DNA of 42,162 nt from an uncultured Alphaproteobacteria bacterium (GCA_944390035.1 CALXOP010000035.1:1-42162), one strand, 5' to 3'. Positions 29,183-39,080 are shown, numbered from the stretch's first letter. The notes: generated by a model from the letters alone, not told the origin. Program-made: numbers and translations.

Positions 29183-29707
29183 ATGAAAAAACTTCTGACG
29201 GCATCAGCATATATCTTATTGGCAGCCTGCACGGTAGCCAGCCACCAGGCCATGGAAGACAATGCACAATATGTGGTTGATACGCCCTATGCCCAGCCGC
29301 AACCGCTCACCGATGAAAGCACTGCGCCCGAGGCATATATTTTAGTTGCCAACCGCACGATTAATAAGTTGTTGGATGAAACTTCAGAATATTATGACAA
29401 ACTGCCGCGTCCGAAAATTTATGTTATGTCTCCCGAAAAGCCAGATGAAAATACCCCTGACGGCATCTACCAAGCCCGCCTTGAAACAATAAAAATTCTG
29501 GAAGGCTCCAAAACCTATACGGTTGTTAACAATTTAAATGATGCGGATTATTATCTCAAAATTTCTGCCAACCCCATTGCTTTGCAAGGAAGCACAATGC
29601 CGGCCATTTCTTATCACTTAGCTCTTTACTCATCTGACAACACCCCGCTCAAGGAGTGGTCTCAAGTAATCAAACAAGTCCAAAATGACGATAAAAGCTG
29701 GTGGTAA
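29183..29707 (+). CDS. Lipoprotein, possibly LpoB/CsgG-like fold
   Basis: Lipobox LAAC; pattern ..INKLL..RPKIYV..ADYYLKIS..YHLAL..EWSQVI resembles LpoB. Confidence 0.5.
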   Translation: MKKLLTASAYILLAACTVASHQAMEDNAQYVVDTPYAQPQPLTDESTAPEAYILVANRTINKLLDETSEYYDKLPRPKIYVMSPEKPDENTPDGIYQARLETIKILEGSKTYTVVNNLNDADYYLKISANPIALQGSTMPAISYHLALYSSDNTPLKEWSQVIKQVQNDDKSWW

Positions 29708-30816
29708 AATTGCGATTCTTAACGGCTCTTTTGGTTGCCTTGTTGGGGGCACTTTCGGCCCAAGCTGCGGATAATGATGTCTCTTTAGATACGTCATCTC
29801 TGGATGGTGATGTTATCTCGGTTTACGGCACGGACTGTGAAAAAATCAAAGCCGGAGAGGCGCGCTCAACGGTACGTGTCCGCGTGACGGATAAAGCCAG
29901 TTATTTGGCGGTTAGTTCTTTACCTGATTTAAAAAATGCCCATGTTGAGTTAAATGACCATGACTTTAACGTGATGGTCTATAATTTGGTGGATAACAGC
30001 ATTGAGGACATGGCAATCCGCACCACCAAGCAAACACCGGATGAAATTTGTGTCGAGGTTACGGGCTACATTTCGGGCAAAAACATTTTCGCCGCCATTG
30101 ATGAGGCCTTAAATCGCCAAAAAAATTCATCTGAGCCCGAAGAAGAAATAAATGAAACTCAGCAAGATGTTGAGCAAGTAGAGGAGCCAAAGCCGGTTTC
30201 CCAAGAAATACAATCCTCAGAAGTAGATGTGTCGCAAAAACAAGCTCTTTATGCACCCGAAACACCGGCACCCGAAACGCAGCCGGAAATTCCGCAAACG
30301 ATTGAAGAACCTGAACCAACGCAAGAGGATGATTATTTAGCCGCCAAAGCCGCCAGTAAAGGGTTAATTTTTATTGCGCCGACAGAGTTTTTCAATAATA
30401 CCTCATCTGCCAAATATTCGGAAATTTTGCGTGAAATGTTTGTAAAAAGCGAATATTTTTATATTACCGATAAAAAGGAATTGGCTGATTTTGTGATAAC
30501 GCCGAAAGTCTTGCGTGCCAAGGTTGACCCGATAAATTCCGAAACCAACCGTCTGCAAATGGTTATCTCGCTTGAAAGTTATAATCCCGCAACGGAAGAG
30601 ACCGATACCGAACATCAAAATCGTTTTGTCTTGTTTAGTTCAAGCGAAGATGAGCAAGAAGTCGCCTCTAAATTAATGAAACAACTTTTTTCCAAAGCCG
30701 CCGATAAAATCATTACCGAGTTGGAGATTAAGCAGCGCAAAAAGAATAATGATGCCGGCTTGCCGTCGGTTATAACGCCGGTGTCGAACTCTCCAGTAAA
30801 GACGGGTGCTCTTTAA
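29701..30816 (+). CDS. Secreted two-domain hypothetical protein with a Glu/Pro-rich linker
   Basis: Signal peptide ending AQA|A, GTG start overlapping the upstream gene, central E/P/Q-rich linker. Confidence 0.7.
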   Translation: MVKLRFLTALLVALLGALSAQAADNDVSLDTSSLDGDVISVYGTDCEKIKAGEARSTVRVRVTDKASYLAVSSLPDLKNAHVELNDHDFNVMVYNLVDNSIEDMAIRTTKQTPDEICVEVTGYISGKNIFAAIDEALNRQKNSSEPEEEINETQQDVEQVEEPKPVSQEIQSSEVDVSQKQALYAPETPAPETQPEIPQTIEEPEPTQEDDYLAAKAASKGLIFIAPTEFFNNTSSAKYSEILREMFVKSEYFYITDKKELADFVITPKVLRAKVDPINSETNRLQMVISLESYNPATEETDTEHQNRFVLFSSSEDEQEVASKLMKQLFSKAADKIITELEIKQRKKNNDAGLPSVITPVSNSPVKTGAL

Positions 30817-31588
30817 TAGAGCGAACCACATAGCTTAAATTGTTAAATCTGGGGAGTGATTTTGCCGCGCAATAAGCAGTAATTTGCATTTCAAGTTTAT
30901 TGCGCAAAACTTCTCTGTCTCCGGCCTCGTCCCCCACATAGACCACAATTTCCAAATCGGTAAAGCCTCGGTCGGTATAAAGGTTAAAATCAAGGCTCAA
31001 GACCACATCTTTAATCATATTGATTAAAGTTTTTTGCAAAGTTTTGAAATGCTCAAGCGCGTTCAAATATTTGAAGACGTTCACAAATTCCTGCAAGGCT
31101 TTTTTTCTATCAAAATTCGCATCGCAAACGGCAATTCTCTCCAAATAATCCAAATTGCCGACAATGGCTGCATATTTAATCATCTGCGCAAAAAAGATAT
31201 TAATAAAACTTTTTGTCGCATCAAATTTTGGCTTGAGCAAAATTCCGGCCATATCGGTAAGCCCGAGATTAACCAGGTTGGAGATAAACAAAGCCTCCAT
31301 TGCCGGCGACATCTCACCGCCCAAGTCCCAAATTTTGTAGGCGAGGGCCTTGGCTTTTTGCTGCTCGCCGCGCATAATTTGCTCTTGCATGAGCAAAATC
31401 AAGCCGTTTATGTCATTAGGACTTTCTTTAATCAAGTGATAAAGCTGCTTTTCTAGGTGCAAAATTTCATCTTGTTGCGCATAGTTTAGCTTCACCAATA
31501 ACTTATAAATAGTCGGAAAACTCGTAATCGGCAGTTCTCCTACTTGAGCCTGAATTGGTTGGGTTAATTGGTTTTGTTCATCACTCAT
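30770..31588 (-). CDS. Hypothetical protein (N-terminal TPR-like helices)
   Basis: 272-aa ORF with RBS AAGGA; 3' end overlaps the convergent gene by 47 bp. Confidence 0.7.
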   Translation of the reverse strand: MSDEQNQLTQPIQAQVGELPITSFPTIYKLLVKLNYAQQDEILHLEKQLYHLIKESPNDINGLILLMQEQIMRGEQQKAKALAYKIWDLGGEMSPAMEALFISNLVNLGLTDMAGILLKPKFDATKSFINIFFAQMIKYAAIVGNLDYLERIAVCDANFDRKKALQEFVNVFKYLNALEHFKTLQKTLINMIKDVVLSLDFNLYTDRGFTDLEIVVYVGDEAGDREVLRNKLEMQITAYCAAKSLPRFNNLSYVVRSIKEHPSLLESSTPAL

Positions 31589-31643
31589 CTTAAAAATCCT
31601 TTTAGCTGGAATAAGGCTAAGTCAAAAAAGTTAAAATTTATTT

Positions 31644-32081
31644 TTATTTTTCCAAAATAAAAGTGCACGGCCCGTCATTGACCAAAGACACCAACATCTC
31701 CGCCTGAAAAATGCCGGTTTCGACTTTAAGGTTATGGCTTTTCAACTGTTGCACAAAATATTCATATAAGGGCTTAGCCTCTTCGGGGCGTGCGGCAGTT
31801 TCAAATCCGGGGCGATTCCCGCGAGATGTGTCTCCGGCCAACGTGAATTGCGAAATGGCTAAGATTTCTCCGCCGACATCTTGGATAGAGAGGTTCATTT
31901 TTCCGTCATTGTCTTCAAAAATACGCAAATTTGCAACTTTTTTAGCCAAATAATCGGCTTGTTGCGGAGTATCGCCTTTTTGCACGCCGATAAACAGCAA
32001 AAATCCCTTAGCGATTTTGCCGACAATTTGTTGCTTTACCTCGACCGCTGCCGAAGTTACTCTTTGTACCAGAACTTTCAT
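31644..32081 (-). CDS. dtd: D-aminoacyl-tRNA deacylase
   Basis: MKVLVQRV, LRIFED..GKMNLS, SQFTL, NRPGF, NDGP. Confidence 0.95.
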   Translation of the reverse strand: MKVLVQRVTSAAVEVKQQIVGKIAKGFLLFIGVQKGDTPQQADYLAKKVANLRIFEDNDGKMNLSIQDVGGEILAISQFTLAGDTSRGNRPGFETAARPEEAKPLYEYFVQQLKSHNLKVETGIFQAEMLVSLVNDGPCTFILEK

Positions 32082-32183
32082 TGTTATACATACCAAGTTA
32101 TTGTTAAGAGCTCTTATGATATTGCAATAATCTTTAAGATAAATTAAAATTCGCGCAATTAATAAAATTTAAGGACTTAGCCG

Positions 32184-33434
32184 ATGCAAAAAATTTTGCT
32201 GATTTTAGTAATGATGAGCTTGAGCGGTTGTGCCTCTTTTGGCAGAGGAGTGGCCGAAGCCTTACTTGATGACCAAAAAGAAGACACCCGCCAGTGTGAA
32301 ATTCAAGGAACACCCTTACCCGGAATCAACGATATGTTTAAGCAAAACAAAGTTGTCAAAGTGATGATGATTCACGGGGTCGGCACACATACGCCGGGCT
32401 ATGCCACGCGCATTCGGGAGAACTTGGCCAAAAGTATGGGGCTAAACGTTTTCTCTCGCCGTGATAAAAATATTGTCTTGATTGATCCTGATGATAAAAA
32501 GACCGAGATTGGTAATTTGCGCGTGACCCGCATGCAAAATGAAACCGGCACTAAAGATTTGATTTTTTACGAACTGACTTGGTCGGTAAACACCTCTGCC
32601 CAAAAACGTATTTTGGATTATGATACTTCCGGACTTTATGAGCATAAGAGAGCCGCGTTTAACCATACCATGAAAGCATTTTTGGATGATGTTATTCCTG
32701 ACCCCGAGATTTATGTCACCGATAAAAATAACCACATCTTAAATGCCACCAAACAATCCACCTGTTGGATGTTAAGTCGTTCTTGGGAGCAACTTGAGCC
32801 AAACAAAAAGCAGGTTTGTACCGTTTCTTCCTATAACCAAATTAAAGACTTAACGCGAGATAACATTATTTTCATTACCCATAGCTTGGGCAGTAAAATC
32901 TTAATGGATAGTTTAACCGACATTGTCAATACGGTCGCATCTCTTGATGTGCAAGAACAAATCAAACAACGAACCGATGTCCGGTTGATTTTGGAAGAGC
33001 TTCAAAACAAAGAGATGACGGTATTTATGCTGGCAAACCAATTACCTCTGTTACAAATTGCCGGCCCGCAACCGCAAGTAACCGGACAAATTCCGTCTTA
33101 TTGCAGTAAAAAAGGCAAAAACTATAAAAGCCGCGTCTTTAAGCGCATAAATATTGTGGCATTTTCTGACCCGAACGATTTGTTGAGCTATGGCCTGCCG
33201 CAAGAATTTGTAGATAATCACATAGATTCCAGAATGTGTCCCGAAGTCACCAATGTGAATATCAATATTGCCGAAGAAATATCGGTTTTTGGTGCCGGCG
33301 TGGTCAATCCGGTTACGGCGCATACCGAATATGACAATGACGACCGTGTGATAGAAATGATTGCCAACGGCACGCAAAACCTCAAAGATAATGAAATCTT
33401 ATCGCAAAGGTGCCGTTTTACCTATTTTAAGTAG
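32184..33434 (+). CDS. Lipoprotein with a predicted alpha/beta-hydrolase fold
   Basis: Lipobox LSGC; IHGVG oxyanion motif, THSLG nucleophile elbow, SDPNDLLS, AHTEY. Confidence 0.7.
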   Translation: MQKILLILVMMSLSGCASFGRGVAEALLDDQKEDTRQCEIQGTPLPGINDMFKQNKVVKVMMIHGVGTHTPGYATRIRENLAKSMGLNVFSRRDKNIVLIDPDDKKTEIGNLRVTRMQNETGTKDLIFYELTWSVNTSAQKRILDYDTSGLYEHKRAAFNHTMKAFLDDVIPDPEIYVTDKNNHILNATKQSTCWMLSRSWEQLEPNKKQVCTVSSYNQIKDLTRDNIIFITHSLGSKILMDSLTDIVNTVASLDVQEQIKQRTDVRLILEELQNKEMTVFMLANQLPLLQIAGPQPQVTGQIPSYCSKKGKNYKSRVFKRINIVAFSDPNDLLSYGLPQEFVDNHIDSRMCPEVTNVNINIAEEISVFGAGVVNPVTAHTEYDNDDRVIEMIANGTQNLKDNEILSQRCRFTYFK

Positions 33435-33492
33435 CAAGTTAAGAGCAATAAAAGTTGCCCTTAATCATTTTGTGATTCTTTCTTTGTTCGGG

Positions 33493-33521
33493 TTGATTTT
33501 TAAGGATGAAACGCTTAAATT
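33493..33521 (+). promoter_or_regulatory. Sigma70-like promoter of the bat cluster
   Basis: TTGATT-N17-TAAATT followed by RBS AAAGGA. Confidence 0.45.
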
Positions 33522-33547
33522 TATAAAAGCGAAGAAAGGAACAAACC

Positions 33548-34009
33548 ATGCCTCAACTGCAAGATAATTTACCCGAATTGCGAGATATTCATTTGCCCGA
33601 CGGTGTTTCGGCTTTTCCTCTGGCTTATGGCTGGTGGGTGATTGGGCTCAGTATCATTGGAGCGATTGTGCTCATCAAAGTTATCTTGTATTTGCGCCGC
33701 AAAAGCAAAAAACGCTATGCCCTCAAACTCATTAATACCATTGCCGAGGCTAACCCCGTCTTGGCCGCCAAACAAGCATCCGAAATTCTGCGCCGAATTT
33801 GTGTCCTGAAATATCCTAAAGCGGCCACGCTTTATGGGCAAGATTGGCTTGATTTTTTGCACCTCCATTGCCGCCAAAAATTAAATGAAGCGGAAGCGGG
33901 CCTATTGTTAAATGCCCCTTATATGAGTGAAAATGCTAAAGGTTACGGCACAAAAGAGATAAAAGCCATCAAACAATTTTGCATTTCCTGGATAGGAGAA
34001 AATCTATGA
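33548..34009 (+). CDS. DUF4381-family protein
   Basis: LRDIHLPDGVSAFPLAYGWW + TM helix, ILRR, LYGQDWLDFL; first gene of the bat cluster. Confidence 0.85.
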   Translation: MPQLQDNLPELRDIHLPDGVSAFPLAYGWWVIGLSIIGAIVLIKVILYLRRKSKKRYALKLINTIAEANPVLAAKQASEILRRICVLKYPKAATLYGQDWLDFLHLHCRQKLNEAEAGLLLNAPYMSENAKGYGTKEIKAIKQFCISWIGENL

Positions 34010-35010
34010 TACATATTGCCTATCCCTTAATGTTTTTGTTGCTCTTGCTGCCCTTTGTCGTGCACTATTTATTTTCTCCGCTCAAAGGGATGCATGGCGA
34101 CGCTCTGCACGTTCCTTTTTTGAAAGATTTAGCCAATATTAATCTGAAGTCGGGAAGCGTTTGGGGGCAAGTCAATGTAAGCGATTCTTCAAAATTCTCG
34201 CTCCATTTTTGGGAGTTGTTTGCCGTCTTTGCTTTATTGGTTTGTGCCATGTCTCGCCCGCAATGGGTCGGAGAGCCGATTCGTATCCATAGCCAAAGCC
34301 GAGATGTCTTGCTGGTGATGGATATTTCAAATTCTATGGCCGAACCTGATTTTGTGATAAATCGTCGTCCGGTAAGTAGGCTGAATGCCGTTAAAAAAGT
34401 TGCCGGCGAATTTATCGACCGCCGCGCCGATGACAGAATAGGACTGATATTGTTTGGCACAAGGGCTTATCTGCAATCTCCGATTACTTATGATAAAGCC
34501 GCCGTTAAACAAATTCTCTATTCCATGCAGGCAGGAATGGCCGGCAATTCCACGGCTATAGGTGATGCTCTGGGCTTGGCACTCAAAAGCCTGAAAGATA
34601 GTCCCAATGCGCAAGATAAAGTCATCATTCTTTTGACCGACGGCGAGAATAATGATGGAGCAATAACTTTGCCTCAAGCTATCAAATTAGCCAAAGAAGC
34701 CGGAGTAAAAATTTACACAATCGGCGTTGGGGGAGATAGAAGAGACTTTTCCTCTTTCTTTGGGCTAAGATTGGGCGGTGAGGTAGATGAAGCCGGCCTT
34801 AAACAAATTGCTGATGACACTTCAGGCACTTATTTCCGCGCCCGTGATACCGAGAGTTTGCAGCAAGTTTATGCCGCCATTGATGAGCTTGAACCCACCC
34901 AAAATGAAGATAACTTTGTTCAAGAGACCAAAGAATATTACTATATTCCACTGTTAGCGGCGTTAGTTTTGGGAATGCTTTTGGTATGGCAAATCAGAAA
35001 GGGAAGATAA
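34006..35010 (+). CDS. batA: BatA-like vWA membrane protein
   Basis: RPQW, MIDAS DISNSM, DRIGLILFG, TAIGDALG, LLTDGE; ATGA overlap with the DUF4381 gene. Confidence 0.85.
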   Translation: MIHIAYPLMFLLLLLPFVVHYLFSPLKGMHGDALHVPFLKDLANINLKSGSVWGQVNVSDSSKFSLHFWELFAVFALLVCAMSRPQWVGEPIRIHSQSRDVLLVMDISNSMAEPDFVINRRPVSRLNAVKKVAGEFIDRRADDRIGLILFGTRAYLQSPITYDKAAVKQILYSMQAGMAGNSTAIGDALGLALKSLKDSPNAQDKVIILLTDGENNDGAITLPQAIKLAKEAGVKIYTIGVGGDRRDFSSFFGLRLGGEVDEAGLKQIADDTSGTYFRARDTESLQQVYAAIDELEPTQNEDNFVQETKEYYYIPLLAALVLGMLLVWQIRKGR

Positions 35011-35013
35011 AAA

Positions 35014-36795
35014 ATGTCAGAATTTATAACCGAATTTCATTTTATTCGCCCTTTAGTTTTGGTATTGTTGGTTATTCCGCTCCTTTTTTCGTGGAAGCAG
35101 TTTCAAGGCTTAGCAAGAGTTTCCTCCTGGGCTAATGTCTGCGATAAAAATTTGCTTGATTTTTTGTTGGTAAAAGGCAGTTCCACACAAAGAAAATTTA
35201 TCTTGTGGTTGGGCTTGTTGGGATTTGTTTTAGGAATTATTGCCGCGGCCGGACCGACCTGGAAAAAGCGTGAAATCCCCAATATGACCTCTGAAAATCC
35301 GGTAATGATTTTGCTCAACCTCTCAACCGATATGGCCGAAAAAGATTTAACTCCAAGCCGCCTCATGCGTGCCAAGTTTGAGATTTCGGACTTTTTGAAA
35401 ATGATACCCGCCACGCAAAGCGGTTTGATAGTTTATAGTGATGAGCCGTACTTAATCAGCCCTCTGACCGAAGATACCCGTTTGTTAAACAACCTCTTGC
35501 CAAGACTTGATTTTAGCCTTATGCCCGCAAACGGGGACCGCCCCGACCGCGCCATAGATTTGGCGGTGGAGAAATTTAAAAATGCCGGATACGCCAAAGG
35601 CAATATCGTCATTTTTAGTTCGGATATCGGCGAGAGATTGGATTTTGCACTGAAAGCAGCCGAAAGAGCTAAAGCATCAGGTTTTAGGGTTAATGTTGTA
35701 GCCATGCAAAAAGGAGATTCCGAAAGACTGAAAATGTTGGCTCAAAGCGGCGGCGGTGAGTATATTCGCGCCTCCTCAAACGATGCCGATATTCAAACTC
35801 TGGCCAATGTGATAAATGCCGAAGCCTCCGAGCAGTTAAAGCAAAGTGAAAATATGCGCCTTTCTTGGCTTGATTATGGCTATTATTTAACACTGTTGCC
35901 GCTGTTGTTCTGTTTGTATTTTTTCCGTCGCGGAATTTTAATCATTGCCCTAATGGTTATGATGATGCCAACCGCACAAGCCGGATTTTTGACCAACAAT
36001 AATCAAGATGCTCTAAAAGCCTTTAATGCCGGACAATATGAAAAAGCCGCCCAAACCTTTGAGGATAAGAATTGGCAAGCCTCCAGCTATTATCGCCAAG
36101 GTGATTATAAAAAAGCTTTTGCGTTGTTTTCGTCTTCGCAAGATGCTGAAGCACTTTATAATCAGGGCAACGCCTTGGCCAAAAGCGGTAAGCTAGATGA
36201 AGCCATTAAAAAATATGAGGAAGTGTTAAAGACTAACCCCAATCATGAAGACGCCAAATTTAATTTGGAGTATTTGAAGCAACAAAAACAGCAACAACAG
36301 CAACAGTCTTCATCTTCACAAAATCAACAAGATAATAAAGACCAACAAGAAAACCAAGACGCTTCATCAAGTGAGCAACAAAACAAGTCGCAATCAGAGA
36401 ACAATGAACAACAATCCTCTCAGAGCGCTCAGGATTCTAAGCAAAATCCAGAGGATAAGAACCAAGCACAAAATTCTTCTAAGCAAGAAAACACACAACA
36501 AAAGGAGCAATCCTCTCAAAGCGAGCAAGAAGAAAAAGAGGATAAATCCACCCCGTCTCAAGCGGTTGACGAGCAAGAAAATAAAGCCCCGCTTGATAAA
36601 GAGAATAAAGAAGCCAAAAAAGACTCTTCACCAATTCCTCAAGCATTGCAAGAAGGGGACGAAAATACTAAATATAATGAAGAAGTTCAGGCACGCGAAC
36701 AACAATATCGTGAAATTCCCGAAGATCCGGGCGGGTTGTTGCGGGCGTTTATTTATCAAGAGTATCGTAAAAATCGTTATAATCGAGGTCGCTGA
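35014..36795 (+). CDS. BatB/BatC-like vWA + TPR protein with a Q/S/E-rich tail
   Basis: FHFIRP, AGPTW, DLTPSRL, SPLTED, TPR YNQGNALAKSG..DAKFNLE, IPEDPGGLLR. Confidence 0.85.
   Translation: MSEFITEFHFIRPLVLVLLVIPLLFSWKQFQGLARVSSWANVCDKNLLDFLLVKGSSTQRKFILWLGLLGFVLGIIAAAGPTWKKREIPNMTSENPVMILLNLSTDMAEKDLTPSRLMRAKFEISDFLKMIPATQSGLIVYSDEPYLISPLTEDTRLLNNLLPRLDFSLMPANGDRPDRAIDLAVEKFKNAGYAKGNIVIFSSDIGERLDFALKAAERAKASGFRVNVVAMQKGDSERLKMLAQSGGGEYIRASSNDADIQTLANVINAEASEQLKQSENMRLSWLDYGYYLTLLPLLFCLYFFRRGILIIALMVMMMPTAQAGFLTNNNQDALKAFNAGQYEKAAQTFEDKNWQASSYYRQGDYKKAFALFSSSQDAEALYNQGNALAKSGKLDEAIKKYEEVLKTNPNHEDAKFNLEYLKQQKQQQQQQSSSSQNQQDNKDQQENQDASSSEQQNKSQSENNEQQSSQSAQDSKQNPEDKNQAQNSSKQENTQQKEQSSQSEQEEKEDKSTPSQAVDEQENKAPLDKENKEAKKDSSPIPQALQEGDENTKYNEEVQAREQQYREIPEDPGGLLRAFIYQEYRKNRYNRGR
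36278..36560 (+). repeat. Low-complexity CAA/TCx-rich coding stretch (Gln/Ser/Asn/Glu linker)
   Basis: Encodes QQKQQQQQQSSSSQNQQ...EQQSSQS...EQSSQS. Confidence 0.7.
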
Positions 36796-38570
36796 TGAAA
36801 AAGTTAGGTAATTACTTGTTTTTAAGTCTTGTTGCCTCTGTGATTTTAGCAGGGACGGCTTGGGCGCAAACTTTTAATGCTACCGTCAATCGCACCGATG
36901 TCCCGCAAGGCGAAACTTTTGTCTTGACGTTGGAACTCATTGATGGAGACGATAAAGGCAATCCTGATTTGAGTGTTTTGGATAAGGATTTTATTGTTTA
37001 TTCGGTCGGCACGGCGTTTAACTATAAGTACATCAATGGTGTTTCTTCCAAGTCGCGCCAATGGCAGATTGCTCTTATGCCTAAAAACTCAGGCTCAATA
37101 GAAATCCCGTCAATTCAGATGGATAACCTCGCCACGCAACCGATAACCTTAAATGTTATTCCGGCCAATCAAGCCTTGTCAGGTGAGCAAAACAACCCCA
37201 ATCAACCGGCTCAAAACGCCAATCGTCCAAAGTTTGATATGGTTGCCAAAGTTGAAAACACCAGTCCTTATGTTCAGCAACAAATTGACTACACCATCAC
37301 CATTTATGACACCGGCGGGCTGCAAGGCGATGCCCCGCAGTTTATTGACGACGGGAGCAATGATTGGATAATCAAGAGCTTAGGCTCACCTACAATCGGC
37401 TCAAAAATTGTCAATGGCCGCAGCCTAAGAGAAATCACTTTCCGCTATGCGTTGTTTCCGCAAAAAAGCGGTACATTAAAAACGCCGGAAGTCCGTTTTC
37501 AAGGCTATTATCTGACGCGTTCACGTGGGTTTAATGACCCGTTTGATGACTTGTTTGGCGGAAATTTGGGCGGCATTGGCTTTGCCGATATGTTTGCCAC
37601 CCGCAATCCGGTTTTGTTAACCGCGGCTCCGCAAAGCATTCAAGTTCGCCCAATTCCGAGCGAAAATGGTGCAAATTGGTGGCTGCCGGCCAAACAAGTA
37701 GCCCTAATGGCCGAATGGGAACCGCGCCAACCCCAATTTAAGGTAGGGGAGGCGGTCAGCCGCACCATATATCTAAAAGCCGTAGGCGTTGCCGAAAATC
37801 AATTGCCCGATATTCGCTTTGCACAAACCCCGGATTTGAAACAATATCCTGATAAAGCCATTTCCTCAAGCGGGCTTGAAAATGGTCAGGTTGTTGCCGT
37901 CAAAAAAGTCACCAATGTTTATATTCCAACCACATCGGGTGCCCAAACCATACCGGAGATTGCGCTTGATTGGTTTAATGTTCAAACCAACCAAATGGAA
38001 AGAGCGGTTTTGCCGGCAGTAAATATTGAGGTTATGCCCTCGGCCAGCTTGCCCGCCGCGCAACCTCAAGCCGCGCAACCATCTCTGCCGCAAACCGGCC
38101 AAGCGGTTGCACCAAAATCCAGCCCAATGGAAGATTTTTCAGATATGTCTATCCCCGGTGGAAATTCCAATCTGGCTTATGTGATAGCCATAGCCGCCTT
38201 CTTGGCCGGTATTATCTTTAGCTGGCTGATTTTTGGCCGCCGTCGCCCCCATGCCGATGAAATTAAAGATTATGATAAATATATCATCAAGTCCTTAAAG
38301 CGCAAAGACTACCGTGCCCTGCGTGACGGCTTGGTGGCTTGGGGCAGAGAGCGTTGGCACAATGATAAAATCACCAACTTAAAAGAAGTTGCAAAGGCTG
38401 CCCAAGATAAAGAGTTTGGTGCTTATTTGGATGAACTGGGTGCCTTGCTCTATGCGCAAACACCCCAACCCTTTAACGAGAAAGGTTTTCTCAAGAGTTT
38501 TGAAAAAGTGCGTAAGTCTAAAATAAAAAGCGCCAAAGAGGAGCAACCTCTCCCCAAACTCTATAAGTAG
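36795..38570 (+). CDS. batD: BatD-family protein
   Basis: Signal peptide AWA|Q, Ig-like repeats (PYVQQQI, YALFPQKSG, WLPAKQV, VGEAVSRTI, YPDK, DWFN), late TM helix. Confidence 0.85.
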   Translation: MKKLGNYLFLSLVASVILAGTAWAQTFNATVNRTDVPQGETFVLTLELIDGDDKGNPDLSVLDKDFIVYSVGTAFNYKYINGVSSKSRQWQIALMPKNSGSIEIPSIQMDNLATQPITLNVIPANQALSGEQNNPNQPAQNANRPKFDMVAKVENTSPYVQQQIDYTITIYDTGGLQGDAPQFIDDGSNDWIIKSLGSPTIGSKIVNGRSLREITFRYALFPQKSGTLKTPEVRFQGYYLTRSRGFNDPFDDLFGGNLGGIGFADMFATRNPVLLTAAPQSIQVRPIPSENGANWWLPAKQVALMAEWEPRQPQFKVGEAVSRTIYLKAVGVAENQLPDIRFAQTPDLKQYPDKAISSSGLENGQVVAVKKVTNVYIPTTSGAQTIPEIALDWFNVQTNQMERAVLPAVNIEVMPSASLPAAQPQAAQPSLPQTGQAVAPKSSPMEDFSDMSIPGGNSNLAYVIAIAAFLAGIIFSWLIFGRRRPHADEIKDYDKYIIKSLKRKDYRALRDGLVAWGRERWHNDKITNLKEVAKAAQDKEFGAYLDELGALLYAQTPQPFNEKGFLKSFEKVRKSKIKSAKEEQPLPKLYK

Positions 38571-38574
38571 CCAC

Positions 38575-38609
38575 AAAAAAAGTCCGTTTAGAAAAAACGG
38601 ACTTTTTTT
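38575..38609. terminator. Bidirectional intrinsic terminator
   Basis: AAAAAAAGTCCGTTT-agaaa-AAACGGACTTTTTTT. Confidence 0.88.
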
Positions 38610-38626
38610 ATACTCTCAAGGAAGAG

Positions 38627-38869
38627 CTAGATTAAACCTTTTTCTTTAAGAAAATATTCCGGTACGTTGAGCACCATCTGCCCCACGGCAAGTTTTGCAA
38701 GCCCGCCGTCATCAGAGGTTTCAACCTGTATATTGTCACCATCAGGCATCGGCACACCGACAAACTGAGCCATTTCTTTGAAGAAGAGCGTGAACTTTCC
38801 TTCTTCAGTTTCAAACTCCATACCTTCACGGGTACCTGTAATTTTTTTGATCTTAATTGACTTTTTCAT
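38627..38869 (-). CDS. Orphan small protein (80 aa)
   Basis: ORF ends just before the terminator; SD-less leader TTGTTTAATCATTAAAAATTTTTAACTT-ATG. Confidence 0.65.
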   Translation of the reverse strand: MKKSIKIKKITGTREGMEFETEEGKFTLFFKEMAQFVGVPMPDGDNIQVETSDDGGLAKLAVGQMVLNVPEYFLKEKGLI

Positions 38870-38915
38870 AAGTTAAAAATTTTTAATGATTAAACAATTT
38901 TTCTAAAGTCTCTGA

Positions 38916-39062
38916 TTACCCGCGGCGATGAACCTTGAACTTGTTGGGTGTGAATTTTGCTTTTGGCGCACAAGGATTACCTTGCTTTTTAACCAAACGT
39001 TCAGTGTAATACATCTGATTAGGCATAGCCTCAAACCCGGATTTGTTTTTTCTTTTTCCCAT
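38916..39062 (-). CDS. Small basic protein (48 aa), absent from the ORF track
   Basis: Translated by hand: MGKRKNKSGFEAMPNQMYYTERLVKKQGNPCAPKAKFTPNKFKVHRRG*; preceded by the shared leader motif and TTGACA. Confidence 0.6.
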   Translation of the reverse strand: MGKRKNKSGFEAMPNQMYYTERLVKKQGNPCAPKAKFTPNKFKVHRRG

Positions 39063-39080
39063 AATTGTAAAATTTAAAAT

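Noticed and set aside
30770-30816. 47-bp convergent 3' overlap as antisense regulation
   Set aside because: Short convergent overlaps are common (another at 23829-23839) and there is no further evidence
36278-36560. Gln-rich repeat as a phase-variable locus
   Set aside because: Imperfect codon-level low complexity that is normal for BatB/C linkers; no perfect slippage tract
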